A stretch of DNA of 64,000 nucleotides, taken from the NCBI GenBank assembly GCA_040217195.1, contig JAVJNR010000005.1, positions 96,001 to 160,000 of the forward strand, given 5' to 3'. The notes beneath the pieces are model-generated. The model had not been told where the DNA came from. It did not search any database and saw only the letters and a program-made list of their open reading frames with translations. How positions within the stretch are numbered: position 1 is the stretch's first letter; each line of letters begins with the position of its first letter. This DNA comes from Leptospiraceae bacterium. Its GTDB lineage: Bacteria > Spirochaetota > Leptospiria > Leptospirales > Leptonemataceae. Below are positions 49,904 through 60,217 of the stretch, one piece after another. Made by a program: the position numbers and the translations under genes.

Positions 49904-50968
49904 ATGTCGGAGGATGTAAGAAAAGTCAACGACCCGGAACAGCTACGACAGATCTGTGCAAAGATTTTCACCCGACTGCCGGTTCGGATAAAGGACGGAA
50001 ACCAGGTGGAATCTGTTCGGGTTAGAAACTATGAAGCTCCGCTTCTAACGGTGGAGCACAATCGGCCGGATGCAGAAATCAGAATCTTAATAGTAAATCA
50101 TGATCAGCATCTTATGCTCCTTGAATGCAGGGTGCAGGAAAGACTTGAGCCCGGTAAGGAGAAGCTTCATCCTGTCCGACTTCATCTAAAAAGAAAGATC
50201 CGAAAACAAAAACGAGTGAGTCTGGCTTCTGATTCGGGCAAACTGGTTGTGGATGATCTAATAACGCTTAGATCTATTCCGGAGGGGCTTTCCAGAGTTG
50301 ATGAGAAAACGGATTCTCCCTTCAAAGAGGCGCTGGCCCAGCTAAAGACCATTCAATCCATTGCAAGGTTAACGGTGCGTAAATCCTTCAGACTGGATAA
50401 TCGGATGCGTGCGATGATGGCCCGAAACGTTCCAATATTTATTCCAGATCGAACCAGCGGCAAGGTTCCCGGTTTTCCTGTCATTACTATGGAAGAGTAC
50501 AGGAAGATTCTGAACTACGAGCCTCATCCAGATCAAATCCTTAGCGAAGTCTCCATTCCAGTCAGGTTCAAGGGCCTGTACTTGATGGGCGTTGCCACAA
50601 TTATCTCTTCAGAGCCCATGACAGATCATCATTACGAAGCTGTAGAAGAAATTGTGAAAAGCCTGGAAAAGGAAATTCTGGATAGGCACATAGTTCCTTC
50701 CAATCCGGAGCATTGTCCGGTGGTGGACATTAACAGTGGTGGTGCTGGTATACTACATCCTCACAATCCGCATGTGATGCGCGGTTTTTTGCCAGGCGAA
50801 GAGGTTACCTTTGATCTACATTTTCCCGGTGAGAAAGCCTATGCAGTTCAGGGTAGTATTCGAAATATAAAAAGTCTGGAACGTGCGCACCGTATTGGTC
50901 TGGAATTTGAAGACCTGCCCGGTGAGGTTCAGTCCGAACTGGAAGAATTCCTGCGTCAGGTCCAGTAG
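49904..50968 (+). CDS. DUF1577/PilZ-domain protein
   Basis: RKQKRV (RxxxR), DINSGGAG (DxSxGG-like) and C-terminal HRIGLEF. Confidence 0.7.
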   Translation: MSEDVRKVNDPEQLRQICAKIFTRLPVRIKDGNQVESVRVRNYEAPLLTVEHNRPDAEIRILIVNHDQHLMLLECRVQERLEPGKEKLHPVRLHLKRKIRKQKRVSLASDSGKLVVDDLITLRSIPEGLSRVDEKTDSPFKEALAQLKTIQSIARLTVRKSFRLDNRMRAMMARNVPIFIPDRTSGKVPGFPVITMEEYRKILNYEPHPDQILSEVSIPVRFKGLYLMGVATIISSEPMTDHHYEAVEEIVKSLEKEILDRHIVPSNPEHCPVVDINSGGAGILHPHNPHVMRGFLPGEEVTFDLHFPGEKAYAVQGSIRNIKSLERAHRIGLEFEDLPGEVQSELEEFLRQVQ

Positions 50969-51042
50969 TACTGGACAGTTTATTGCATGAATTGCTACTG
51001 ACCGTTAGGCCATCCGGCCATTCCACAAACCCGGTAATAAAT

Positions 51043-51558
51043 ATGCACGAAGATTCCAATATTGAAGAAGAAGCGTTATTCAGTAGCGATCCTGAATCGG
51101 AACTCTTTCCCTCATTACTTGAGAGAATGCTACTCATCTATGCTGCCCTGGTAGCTGAAACAGAAGATGAAGATGCACTAAATCAAATCTCAGATACGTT
51201 TGAAACCGACTATCATGAAGCAGAAACCAGACTTCTGGACTTCGAGCAAAAATTGATCGATGAATACTATAGACAGGCGAATATCGCTGAACTGGAATTC
51301 TTTCCTGATGAAGATCCAGCCCGAGCAGAAATCAAACACAGACTGGCAATCAAGAAGGTAGTAGCCTATTTCTCCTATGAGGATGATCCGGCAGAAATGG
51401 CAGAAGCTCTTTCCAGTATCGATACAGAGGCCAAACAATTGCTGGAAACCATAAAATCGGATCCGGAAGAAGGAATCGAAAAAGTGGATGTACTGCTTGC
51501 TCTATGGGAAGTGCAGGCCCTGCAAAGCCTGTATCCGGATTTATTCCAGGAAGAGTAA
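51043..51558 (+). CDS. Hypothetical acidic helical protein
   Basis: Glu/Asp-rich ORF; start 51043 or 50983. Confidence 0.65.
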   Translation: MHEDSNIEEEALFSSDPESELFPSLLERMLLIYAALVAETEDEDALNQISDTFETDYHEAETRLLDFEQKLIDEYYRQANIAELEFFPDEDPARAEIKHRLAIKKVVAYFSYEDDPAEMAEALSSIDTEAKQLLETIKSDPEEGIEKVDVLLALWEVQALQSLYPDLFQEE

Positions 51559-51801
51559 CAGACAATGATTGGAGATGAAACCGGTGCATCGAAAAGCGAA
51601 CGATGCATCATCTCGACAGTAGCCTAACTTCTACGGACTGTAGCTGATATTGTGGACTGCGGATTGAATATCCGGGCAGGACGGTTCGCAAGTTGAAGTC
51701 CGGGCCCGGAATCACCGCAAGGGCAGACAGGGTATCATTTCAGGATTCCCTGCGAAACATGGATTCCTGGCTGCAAAGCAACTCTTCGCAAAGACCACCG
51801 G

Positions 51802-54747
51802 TTATGCCCTGGCTTTACTTCTCTTACCGGATTTTTTACTCTTTTTGGCTACTGCACTTTTAGACTTGCTGGCTTTATCGGCCTTTTTTGATCCGGATTT
51901 TCCCTTTCCATTACTGCTATTTGGGCTGGATTTCTTACTGGAAGACACAGAGGCCACAGCTGCTCTGCCGGCTGGCGACGCTTCCCTTCCCTGAAGCAGA
52001 GGCTTAAGAAACTGTCCCGTGAAACTGTGGCTCTTACCGGAGACATCTTCCGGGCTCCCTTCTGCCACAATGGTTCCTCCTCCATCTCCACCTTCCGGTC
52101 CAAGATCAATAATCCAGTCCGCCGTCTTAATCACATCCAGGTTATGCTCAATCACAACCATGCTGGATCCCCGATCCACCAGCTCATGCAACACTTCCAG
52201 TAGCTTGCGAATGTCTTCGAAATGCAGTCCCGTGGTTGGCTCATCCAGGATATACATTGTCTTATCGCTGCTTCGCCTGGACAACTCGGATGCCAGTTTG
52301 ATTCTCTGAGCCTCTCCACCGGATAGAGTTGTGGCTGCCTGACCAAGTTTGATGTAATCCAGACCCACTCTAGATAGAGTACTGAGCTTGTTGTGTACTA
52401 TGGTAATGTTTTCAAAGAATGGAATGGCATCTTCCACGGTCATATCCAGAATATCATAGATGCTCTTGCCGCGATATTTCACCTCCAGAGTCTCGCGGTT
52501 AAACCTTTTTCCCTGGCATACATCGCAGGTAACAAAAACATCCGGCAGAAAATGCATTTCAATCTTCAGGATTCCAGCCCCTTCGCAGTTTTCGCATCTT
52601 CCGCCTGCCACATTAAAACTGAAACGACCGGGTTTGTAACCTCTCAGGCGAGCTTCTGGAAGGTTGGAGAATAGCTCTCGAATGGGAGTAAACAGTCCTG
52701 TATACGTTGCTGGATTGGATCTGGGAGTTCTGCCAATGGGTTCCTGATCGATTGCAATCACTCGCTCAATTTCTTTCAGACCTTCGAGCTTTTTATGTTT
52801 TCCTGGCCGATTCCTGGAACCCTGTCTCTGGGCCAGGGACTTATAAAGTATATCATTGATTAATGTGGATTTTCCGGAACCGCTTACTCCGGTGACGCAA
52901 ATAAGCATTCCCAGCGGAAAGTCTACATCCACATTCTGCAGATTATTTTCTGTAGCTCCCCGAACTGTAAGCTTCTGACCGTTTCCAGCTCTCCGCTGCT
53001 CTGGAATGGAAATTTTTCTTTTGCCGGATAGATAATCTCCGGTAACACTTTGAAGGCTCCTGGATAATTCCTCCGGCGGACCGTTGGCCACAACATAGCC
53101 TCCGTGCACTCCGGCTCCTGGACCAAGATCCACCACATGATCTGCTTCTCGTATGGTCTCTTCATCGTGCTCAACCACAAGAACGGTATTTCCCATGTCT
53201 CTGAGGCTTTTTAAAGTATCCAGAAGCCTTCGATTATCTCTCTGATGCAGTCCGATGGAAGGCTCATCCAGAACATAAAGAACTCCCATCAAAGCTGAAC
53301 CAATTTGAGTTGCCAGACGAATTCGCTGCGCTTCGCCTCCAGAAAGTGTGCCTGCGGAACGAGAAAGTGTTAGATATCCCACCCCCACATTATGAAGAAA
53401 ACCAAGACGCTCATTGATCTCCTTTAGAACTCTTTCTGCAATCTTCGCTTCTGAGTCGGTGAGGTTAATGTCAGAAAAGAAATGCAACAGATCCCGGATG
53501 TTCTTATCTACCAGATTGTGGATTCCCTGACCATGGAATCGCACAGACAGAGACTCCGGGCGAAGCCGATTTCCTTTACAGTCCGGGCACTGGCTTTCTC
53601 CCATGAATTTTTCCAGCCAGATGCGAACATCGTCGGACTTGGTTTCTCGATAGCGACGACGAAGATTGGGAATCACACCCTCAAAGTCATATCCACCATG
53701 ATGAAATCCGTAAAGAATGGCCTTTCGATGCTGCGCATTCAACTTGTTAAATGCCAGGGATGGATGAAATCCCAGCTCTGCAGAAAGATCTTGCAGAATC
53801 TCCAGATACCAGTAGCCGCGCCCCCCGGACCAGGGAGCCACAGCACCATCCAGAATGGACAGAGAATGATCGGGCACCACCAGCTCTTCATCAAATTCAA
53901 GTAGTACTCCCAGCCCATCGCAGGTATTACAGGCTCCCTGCGGAGAATTAAAGGAAAAGCTTCTGGGACTGATTTCTGGAAGGGAAAGATTACAATGGGT
54001 ACAGTTTAAATTCCTGGAATAGATATTGTCTTTCTCTCCATCGAAAATTAATACCTGTCCGTTGCCATGGGAAAGAGCCGTCTCTACACTATCTGTCAAA
54101 CGAGAATGAATACCGTCACGAATTACCAGACGATCAACCACAACGTCCAGGCTATGGCGATGTTTCTTTTCCAGAGAGATTTCCTCAGACAGATCCTTGA
54201 TCTGCCCGTCAATTCTCATTCGCACGAACCCTTCTTTTCTAGCTTTTTCTATTACATCTTTATGCTCACCTTTCTTGTCCCCGATCAATGGAGCGAGTAT
54301 TTGAATCTTCGCACCTTCTTCCATCAACAGGATTCGATCCACAATCTGGTCAATGGTAATGGCTTCCACAGGTCGGCCGCAATTATGACAGTGGGGCTGG
54401 CCCACTCGGCCAAATAATAGTCGCAGGTAGTCGTAAATCTCTGTTACGGTTCCCACGGTGGATCTTGGATTTCGATGAGTGGTTTTCTGCTCAATCGATA
54501 TGGCAGGCGACAAACCCTCAATCAGATCCACATCCGGCTTTTCCATCTGACCCAGGAACTGACGGGCATAGGCAGAAAGGCTTTCCACATATCGCCTTTG
54601 CCCTTCTGCATAAATTGTGTCGAATGCCAGAGACGATTTTCCGGAGCCAGAAACACCGGTAATCACTACCAGCTTGTCCCGGGGAATCTCAACGGTGATA
54701 TTTTTCAGGTTATGCTCTCGGGCTCCCTGGACGCGAATGGAATCCAT
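51802..54747 (-). CDS. uvrA: Excinuclease ABC subunit A
   Basis: GAREHNLK, two GVSGSGKS Walker A motifs, LSGGEAQR twice, Zn-finger Cys pairs; start MDSIRV (54747). Confidence 0.98.
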   Translation of the reverse strand: MDSIRVQGAREHNLKNITVEIPRDKLVVITGVSGSGKSSLAFDTIYAEGQRRYVESLSAYARQFLGQMEKPDVDLIEGLSPAISIEQKTTHRNPRSTVGTVTEIYDYLRLLFGRVGQPHCHNCGRPVEAITIDQIVDRILLMEEGAKIQILAPLIGDKKGEHKDVIEKARKEGFVRMRIDGQIKDLSEEISLEKKHRHSLDVVVDRLVIRDGIHSRLTDSVETALSHGNGQVLIFDGEKDNIYSRNLNCTHCNLSLPEISPRSFSFNSPQGACNTCDGLGVLLEFDEELVVPDHSLSILDGAVAPWSGGRGYWYLEILQDLSAELGFHPSLAFNKLNAQHRKAILYGFHHGGYDFEGVIPNLRRRYRETKSDDVRIWLEKFMGESQCPDCKGNRLRPESLSVRFHGQGIHNLVDKNIRDLLHFFSDINLTDSEAKIAERVLKEINERLGFLHNVGVGYLTLSRSAGTLSGGEAQRIRLATQIGSALMGVLYVLDEPSIGLHQRDNRRLLDTLKSLRDMGNTVLVVEHDEETIREADHVVDLGPGAGVHGGYVVANGPPEELSRSLQSVTGDYLSGKRKISIPEQRRAGNGQKLTVRGATENNLQNVDVDFPLGMLICVTGVSGSGKSTLINDILYKSLAQRQGSRNRPGKHKKLEGLKEIERVIAIDQEPIGRTPRSNPATYTGLFTPIRELFSNLPEARLRGYKPGRFSFNVAGGRCENCEGAGILKIEMHFLPDVFVTCDVCQGKRFNRETLEVKYRGKSIYDILDMTVEDAIPFFENITIVHNKLSTLSRVGLDYIKLGQAATTLSGGEAQRIKLASELSRRSSDKTMYILDEPTTGLHFEDIRKLLEVLHELVDRGSSMVVIEHNLDVIKTADWIIDLGPEGGDGGGTIVAEGSPEDVSGKSHSFTGQFLKPLLQGREASPAGRAAVASVSSSKKSSPNSSNGKGKSGSKKADKASKSKSAVAKKSKKSGKRSKARA

Positions 54748-54974
54748 ATCGTCAGAAAATTCGCCCGGGGAAAAATCTGCATCCTGAAAAACCTCCTGTG
54801 CCAGGCCAGGCGGGGATGAAAAAACCGGTGGGCGGTACAACTAAATCCACTTCGGATTAAAAGTAAGTAATCAGACCTGCACTTCTAAATGGAATTATCC
54901 GCTCCACGTGATTCCTTGCATTCTATGGGCCCTGGCCCAGAAAAACGATTGCCCATGAAATTGCCGGGGAGTTA

Positions 54975-56075
54975 ATGCGATCCATGCTTGGATTCCGATA
55001 CCTGAAGACTCGTCCTGCAGATTATGTACTTCTCTATCGCGGAGGCAAAGTCAGAAAGGAAGGACCTGGATTGTCCTTCATGTACTTTGCTCCTTCTGCC
55101 AGTCTGGTTCTGGTACCGGCTGATAGCAGGGATGCTCCATTCATTTTTCAGGAGACTCTAAAAGACTTCCAGGCCGTAGATATTCAGGGTCAGGTCACCT
55201 ATCGAGTGCAGGATCCTCGTAGATTGGCCTCCATGCTGGACTTTACTGTGGATCCTACCGGCCGAGCCCTGGGAGATGGTCTGGAAAAACTTCAACTAAG
55301 GCTTACCAATCAGGTCCAGGTTACATTAAGAGAGAAGATCCGAGGATTTGTATTGAGGGAGGCTTTAAGCGCCGGCCCTGAATTAGTAGAGTATGTAAAA
55401 GGCCGATTGAGCGAAGAGCCAGTCATACAGGAGCTTGGACTATCGGTACTGGATTTTGCCATTCTGAGGGTAAGCCCTACGCCAGAGATGGCCCGAGCTC
55501 TGGAAGCCACAGCCAGAGAAGACTTACTCAAGCAGGCCGATGATGCAATCTATCGGAGACGAAACTTCGCCGTGGAGCAGGAACGGGGAATCAAAGAAAA
55601 TGAGCTTCAAACCGAGATTGCAGTAGAAGAAAAGCAAAGAGAAATTCGGGAAACTCAGATGAACGCTGAAATTGCCGTTCAGGAAAAGCAGAAACTAGTA
55701 GAAGAAGCAAAGATGGAAGCCAGGGCAACGGTGGCTCGCAAGAAGCGAGAAATCGAAAAGGAAGAACTGGATGCCAGAACGTCTCTGGAAGAGAAGCGAA
55801 AAGAACTGGTAGAAAAGGAAAGTCAGAATCGTCTGCAACAGGCGAAAACAGAAGGAGAAGCCTACAAGTTGCAGCTCGAAGGAATATCCAATCTTTCGCC
55901 AGAGTTACTGGAAATACTGGCAGCCAATCAAATGGATTCCCGTCAGTTGATCAGTCGAGCCATCAGAGACCTGGCAGGAAATGCACAGAAGATTGGCAAT
56001 CTAAATATCAGTCCGGACCTTCTACAGTCTCTTATAGACGGTGACCGCTCTATTCAGCAGCAAAATCAGAGTTAG
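54975..56075 (+). CDS. SPFH/band-7 domain protein with long coiled coil, no TM anchor
   Basis: YRGGKVRKEGPGL, DFQAVDIQGQVTYRVQDP, AVEQERGIKENELQTEI. Confidence 0.85.
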   Translation: MRSMLGFRYLKTRPADYVLLYRGGKVRKEGPGLSFMYFAPSASLVLVPADSRDAPFIFQETLKDFQAVDIQGQVTYRVQDPRRLASMLDFTVDPTGRALGDGLEKLQLRLTNQVQVTLREKIRGFVLREALSAGPELVEYVKGRLSEEPVIQELGLSVLDFAILRVSPTPEMARALEATAREDLLKQADDAIYRRRNFAVEQERGIKENELQTEIAVEEKQREIRETQMNAEIAVQEKQKLVEEAKMEARATVARKKREIEKEELDARTSLEEKRKELVEKESQNRLQQAKTEGEAYKLQLEGISNLSPELLEILAANQMDSRQLISRAIRDLAGNAQKIGNLNISPDLLQSLIDGDRSIQQQNQS

Positions 56076-56174
56076 TATTATCGCCAGGGGATTGTAGACC
56101 ACTGGAACAGTCCTTTCAGAAGTCAGCTCTGTTACCAGATTTATAAGATTCGGTAGAACTCAAATCTATTGTCA

Positions 56175-57284
56175 ATGGCAGCTAAACAGAAAAACGAATC
56201 CAATGCCAGAAAGAATGACGGGGCCACAGATCTAGATGGCCCTACGAATGCGAAGGGACTGAATATAGAAAAAATTGTAATCATAACCCGGCAGACAAGG
56301 CTGGAAGAAAGCATTAAGAGATTCAATACGATCAGTCAGACCAAGTACTTTGTAGAAAGTAGAGGTCAATCCTTCGATGACTATGTTCTGGAGTATGATA
56401 ACTACCAGAGAGCACGGGATACGCTTGTAAGAAGTATACCTCAGGATATTCGGTTTCAAGTTATAGATCGCACAATGTTACCCAACTTTCTGTTTGGTCC
56501 CCGGGACCTGGCTGTACCCCTGGGACAGGACGGATTGGTTGTAAATACTGCGAAATACCTGAACGGACAACCTGTTCTGGCTTTTAACCCGGATCCAGAT
56601 CGATTTGATGGGGTCCTACTTCCGTTTCTCTGGAAAGATGCAAACAGAAATATTCAACAGTTAATGGAAAATGAGCTTCGTAGTCGTAGCATTTCCATGG
56701 CCAGAGCAGATATGAACGATGGCCAGTTTCTATATGCATTCAACGATTTCTTTGCAGGTGCCGATTCTCATGTAAGCGCCCGGTATACGCTGAAGTTTGG
56801 CCAGGCTTCGGAGCGGCATAGTTCCAGCGGAGTGATCGTCAGTACTCCGGCCGGAAGCACTGGCTGGCTTTCCTCTCTCTTCAATATGGCCAGCGGTATT
56901 CAGGAATTTGCCCGGAACTCTTCCCGGTCCAGAATGCAAAGGCCTGCAATCGCAAAAACCGATGCATCCACCGAAGGCAATCCGTTGAAGAAAAATAGTA
57001 TATCGGAAAAGGAGAATGGATCCTCCGCAGACAAAAAGGCAATGGCCTGGGAAGATCGAAAATTAATATTTATGGTGCGAGAACCGTTTCGCAGTAACTG
57101 GAGTGGAGCAGACCTGGTGGCTGGCGAAATACATGAATCGGAGGCCCTGATTCTGGAAAGTCATATGCCTGAAGGCGGAGTCATCTTTTCCGATGGTATG
57201 CTGGAAGACTTTATGGAATTTAATTCAGGGGCTACCGTTCAAATCCGCCTGGCAGAAAAAAGCACCCGACTTCTCATTCCTTAA
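56175..57284 (+). CDS. Divergent NAD kinase-fold protein
   Basis: LGQDG (for GGDG), AFND (NE/ND motif), SSGVIVSTPAGSTGW. Confidence 0.8.
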   Translation: MAAKQKNESNARKNDGATDLDGPTNAKGLNIEKIVIITRQTRLEESIKRFNTISQTKYFVESRGQSFDDYVLEYDNYQRARDTLVRSIPQDIRFQVIDRTMLPNFLFGPRDLAVPLGQDGLVVNTAKYLNGQPVLAFNPDPDRFDGVLLPFLWKDANRNIQQLMENELRSRSISMARADMNDGQFLYAFNDFFAGADSHVSARYTLKFGQASERHSSSGVIVSTPAGSTGWLSSLFNMASGIQEFARNSSRSRMQRPAIAKTDASTEGNPLKKNSISEKENGSSADKKAMAWEDRKLIFMVREPFRSNWSGADLVAGEIHESEALILESHMPEGGVIFSDGMLEDFMEFNSGATVQIRLAEKSTRLLIP

Positions 57285-57295
57285 TCCGCATCCAA

Positions 57296-59944
57296 TCAAA
57301 CGTGAGCTGCAGTTTTTTCAATAATCTGTCTGGCCGCATTTAGCTCCTGATTTAGATTCAAAGCCCGGTGGGCCAGCTGACTGGCTCTGCGAAGATTTCC
57401 CTTTAATCTGTGGCAATCTGCCAGGTTGGCCAGGTTAGTTGCATGCTCTGGAAGTCGTAGCCTGCAGCGTTCGCCGTAATCAATTGCTTCATCCAATCGA
57501 CCAATTTTTTTATGAGCCAGACTGCAGCGAAACAGAGCCACTGAATCTGTGGGATCTATTTCAATTAGTCTGCGAGCCAGCATGGCTGATGTGCGATAGT
57601 CCTTTAGTTTGCCGCTAAGCCAGACTCCGGCCTGCAACGCGGAGGGATGCTCCCAGGATATTTTCTCCAGCTCCTGGTAGGCTTCAGGATACTCTCCAGA
57701 ATCGATGAGCTCCTTAATGGAAGATGGTAGACCAGGGTCCGAGATCATTCCAGCATCCTCAATATATGCGATACGCAAAAGGCTCAGATCATCGGTGAGC
57801 TCCCCCTGTTTTAGCAGGGCATCTTTGATTCCTTCCAGGTCCCCCCTGGCTTGCTCCACTATTCGCAGGAACAGATTTTCATCTTCGTTAATAATTCTCT
57901 GCCCTGCTGAAGTTTCTCCCATAAGCAGATCGTCCCGACCATCTGAGCCCATGATCAATACCTGCCCGGGAGCAAGCGTGTGTACCAGCACTCGCAGAGC
58001 ACCATCTTCGCCTTCTATTCCAATCTTTCTTAAATCAGTATCTATATCAGGCATAACGGAGGCCCTTCCGTTTTCATAGAGTACCGAAGCCGGATGCTCC
58101 GCGTTGATGTAGTAAACAGTGCCGCTTGCATCATGCACGAGACCCACTACGGCAGAAATAAGCATATGACCATCGAATCCCAGAAATACAGACTGCAATT
58201 CCAGAAAACATTCATTTAACCATTGCTCAGGACTTTTTTCCGATGCCAGATGCACAACCTGGGTGCGGCTTACGAGGGATTTGAATACAGTGCCTACTAC
58301 GATCGCTCCACCGGCTCCCTGCATGGACTTACCCATGGCATCGGCATTCAAGAAAACAGAATACTTCTGCCCTCTTAATTCAATGTCATAGAGAGCGACC
58401 AGATCCCCTCCGATTTCACTGTCCCATTTGCGAAAATGAAACTTCTTTTTTTGTTCCAGAAGTATTTCCAGTTCAAGACTGTCACTGCTGGCCCAGTTTC
58501 CGCCCAGCGGATTCATTAACAATGATGTAAGGAAATAGTCTCCGTCTTGCTTTTCCTTGAGCAGTTGCACTTCTTGAAGGGTATTGTTCAACTTCTCGGT
58601 GCGATCCTCCACCTTTCGCTCGAGATTCAGGTTCAAATCCTCTACCCGGCGATACAACCTTACGAATCGGTTGGCAAGAATCAATGCCAGGGAGAAGATA
58701 AACGCTGCGAAGAAATATGAAAACAAGGGTGGTATATTCAAAATACCATTACTTACGGCCAGATCCGAGAAAAAGCCGATCATCACAAATACCATGCCAC
58801 CGAGCATATAATAGCCATCTCGATTCCCGGCCACGGCAGCTTTGATCTGGAAAAAAATAACCTGAATCAACATCAATAGCCAGATTCCCTGACCCACCGA
58901 AGATTGCATGGTCCACCAGTGATTTACATCATCAGATACAAGTACATGCCCAGAGAGCATCAACATGCTAACAGAGAAAATGACCGAAAGTACATCCATG
59001 ATTCGCTGTAACTTGCTTCTGGCCAGCTCAAAGTAGACTCGCACAAAGTACAGGAATGCAACAAATAGTAGATAAGTAAGAATGAATTCCAGACGCTTGA
59101 ATGTGAGAAAAGAAACATCGATTTCGAATCGAAGCTCTGTACGAATTAACTGACGAAGGACGAATCCATAGATAAACAGTCCAAAGATTAAATTTTCCCG
59201 ATTCTGTCTTCGCCTGAGAAACAGAAAAAGAAAATAGGACCCGGCCGTAAAATATCCTGTGAGAAAGAGCAGCTCTCGATAATCTTCATCTCTAAGGGTC
59301 TCCACTATTTCTCTTGTAGGTCCGATTTCTGTTCTACCGCGAACCAGACCGTTCAGGTTGGGAAAATATCCCTGAACCTTTATGAAAAGAGTGTTCTCGC
59401 CCTGTTTCAATAACCCCGGAGGGATTTCGTATACCCGGATCTTATCATAGGCAACAGGCACTGTGGAGTTCCATGCGCCGGTGGAGCCTATTAGTTCACC
59501 GTTTAAATACACCCGGTCCCGGTCATCGATTCTGCCAAGTCGCAGAGAAAGGGAATGCTTTAGATCCCCCTGTATACGAAAATGCTTAACGTACCACATT
59601 TCGTTAGTCGATGAATTGTAACCGGGAACATCGGTTAAGTAGCCGGGGACCTGCACTGGATGCCACTCTTTCTCTCTCGATGGATCCGGCTGGACTGACT
59701 CGGGTTCTTGAAAGGTAACCCACCAGGTATGTTGCCCGGTTTCTGTATCCAGACTATTTACTTTTTCAGCAAAGAGAGTTTGGATGGCTTGTGGTTCTGT
59801 TTCCGGGTCGGGGCTTTCGCCTCTTAGATCATGGCTGCCTGCAAAGGCAAGACAGACGATACCCAGGGTAACGGTCCAGTTAAAAGCAAGTAAGGATCTT
59901 CTATTGATTCCTGATAATAATAACCTGAAATATGTAACTGCCAT
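57296..59944 (-). CDS. SpoIIE/PP2C phosphatase with periplasmic sugar-binding-like domain, 7TM region and C-terminal TPRs
   Basis: LGRIDDRDRVYLNG, 7 TMs, GGD, DAMGKSMQGA, GSDG, DDLS, TPR-like helices. Confidence 0.88.
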   Translation of the reverse strand: MAVTYFRLLLSGINRRSLLAFNWTVTLGIVCLAFAGSHDLRGESPDPETEPQAIQTLFAEKVNSLDTETGQHTWWVTFQEPESVQPDPSREKEWHPVQVPGYLTDVPGYNSSTNEMWYVKHFRIQGDLKHSLSLRLGRIDDRDRVYLNGELIGSTGAWNSTVPVAYDKIRVYEIPPGLLKQGENTLFIKVQGYFPNLNGLVRGRTEIGPTREIVETLRDEDYRELLFLTGYFTAGSYFLFLFLRRRQNRENLIFGLFIYGFVLRQLIRTELRFEIDVSFLTFKRLEFILTYLLFVAFLYFVRVYFELARSKLQRIMDVLSVIFSVSMLMLSGHVLVSDDVNHWWTMQSSVGQGIWLLMLIQVIFFQIKAAVAGNRDGYYMLGGMVFVMIGFFSDLAVSNGILNIPPLFSYFFAAFIFSLALILANRFVRLYRRVEDLNLNLERKVEDRTEKLNNTLQEVQLLKEKQDGDYFLTSLLMNPLGGNWASSDSLELEILLEQKKKFHFRKWDSEIGGDLVALYDIELRGQKYSVFLNADAMGKSMQGAGGAIVVGTVFKSLVSRTQVVHLASEKSPEQWLNECFLELQSVFLGFDGHMLISAVVGLVHDASGTVYYINAEHPASVLYENGRASVMPDIDTDLRKIGIEGEDGALRVLVHTLAPGQVLIMGSDGRDDLLMGETSAGQRIINEDENLFLRIVEQARGDLEGIKDALLKQGELTDDLSLLRIAYIEDAGMISDPGLPSSIKELIDSGEYPEAYQELEKISWEHPSALQAGVWLSGKLKDYRTSAMLARRLIEIDPTDSVALFRCSLAHKKIGRLDEAIDYGERCRLRLPEHATNLANLADCHRLKGNLRRASQLAHRALNLNQELNAARQIIEKTAAHV

Positions 59945-60016
59945 ACATCGAACCGTCTTTGCGTCAAAACAATGAAGGCAATGTCATCTGTTTCAAGGAT
60001 TCGGTCAATCGGTAAA

Positions 60017-60180
60017 AGGAGGATGCGAGGATAGATTAAGGCCGCCCAGGGGTTGCTCTAATCAGTAAGAAACCGTATGCTGCATAATAGATACTAACTT
60101 GAGTGGGTCCAATGTTCGCCCGGTCCTGCTTCGCCAACCTACTCTACCGGCGGTCGAAAGCTATCCTGAGCTTCCTTCCT
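60017..60180 (+). ncRNA. Candidate structured non-coding RNA (long irregular hairpin)
   Basis: Six nested stems; the wobble pairs are G.U only on the plus strand. Confidence 0.4.
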
Positions 60181-60217
60181 CCGTGCATCATCCAGATTGC
60201 ATGAATCTGGCCCTTTC

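Noticed and set aside
54748..54974. LexA box or NrtR operator between uvrA and the SPFH gene
   Set aside because: No TTTG-N5-CAAA or GTC-N-GAC style palindrome seen.
60069..60125. Group II intron domain V (GAAACCGTATGC...)
   Set aside because: The complementary 3' half of the ~34-nt D5 hairpin is absent and there is no RT gene.
60017..60180. SRP RNA, RNase P RNA or a known riboswitch
   Set aside because: Hallmark motifs (SRP CAGG..GNRA..AGCAG, RNase P GAGGAAAGUCC, cobalamin/TPP boxes) were not found by eye.
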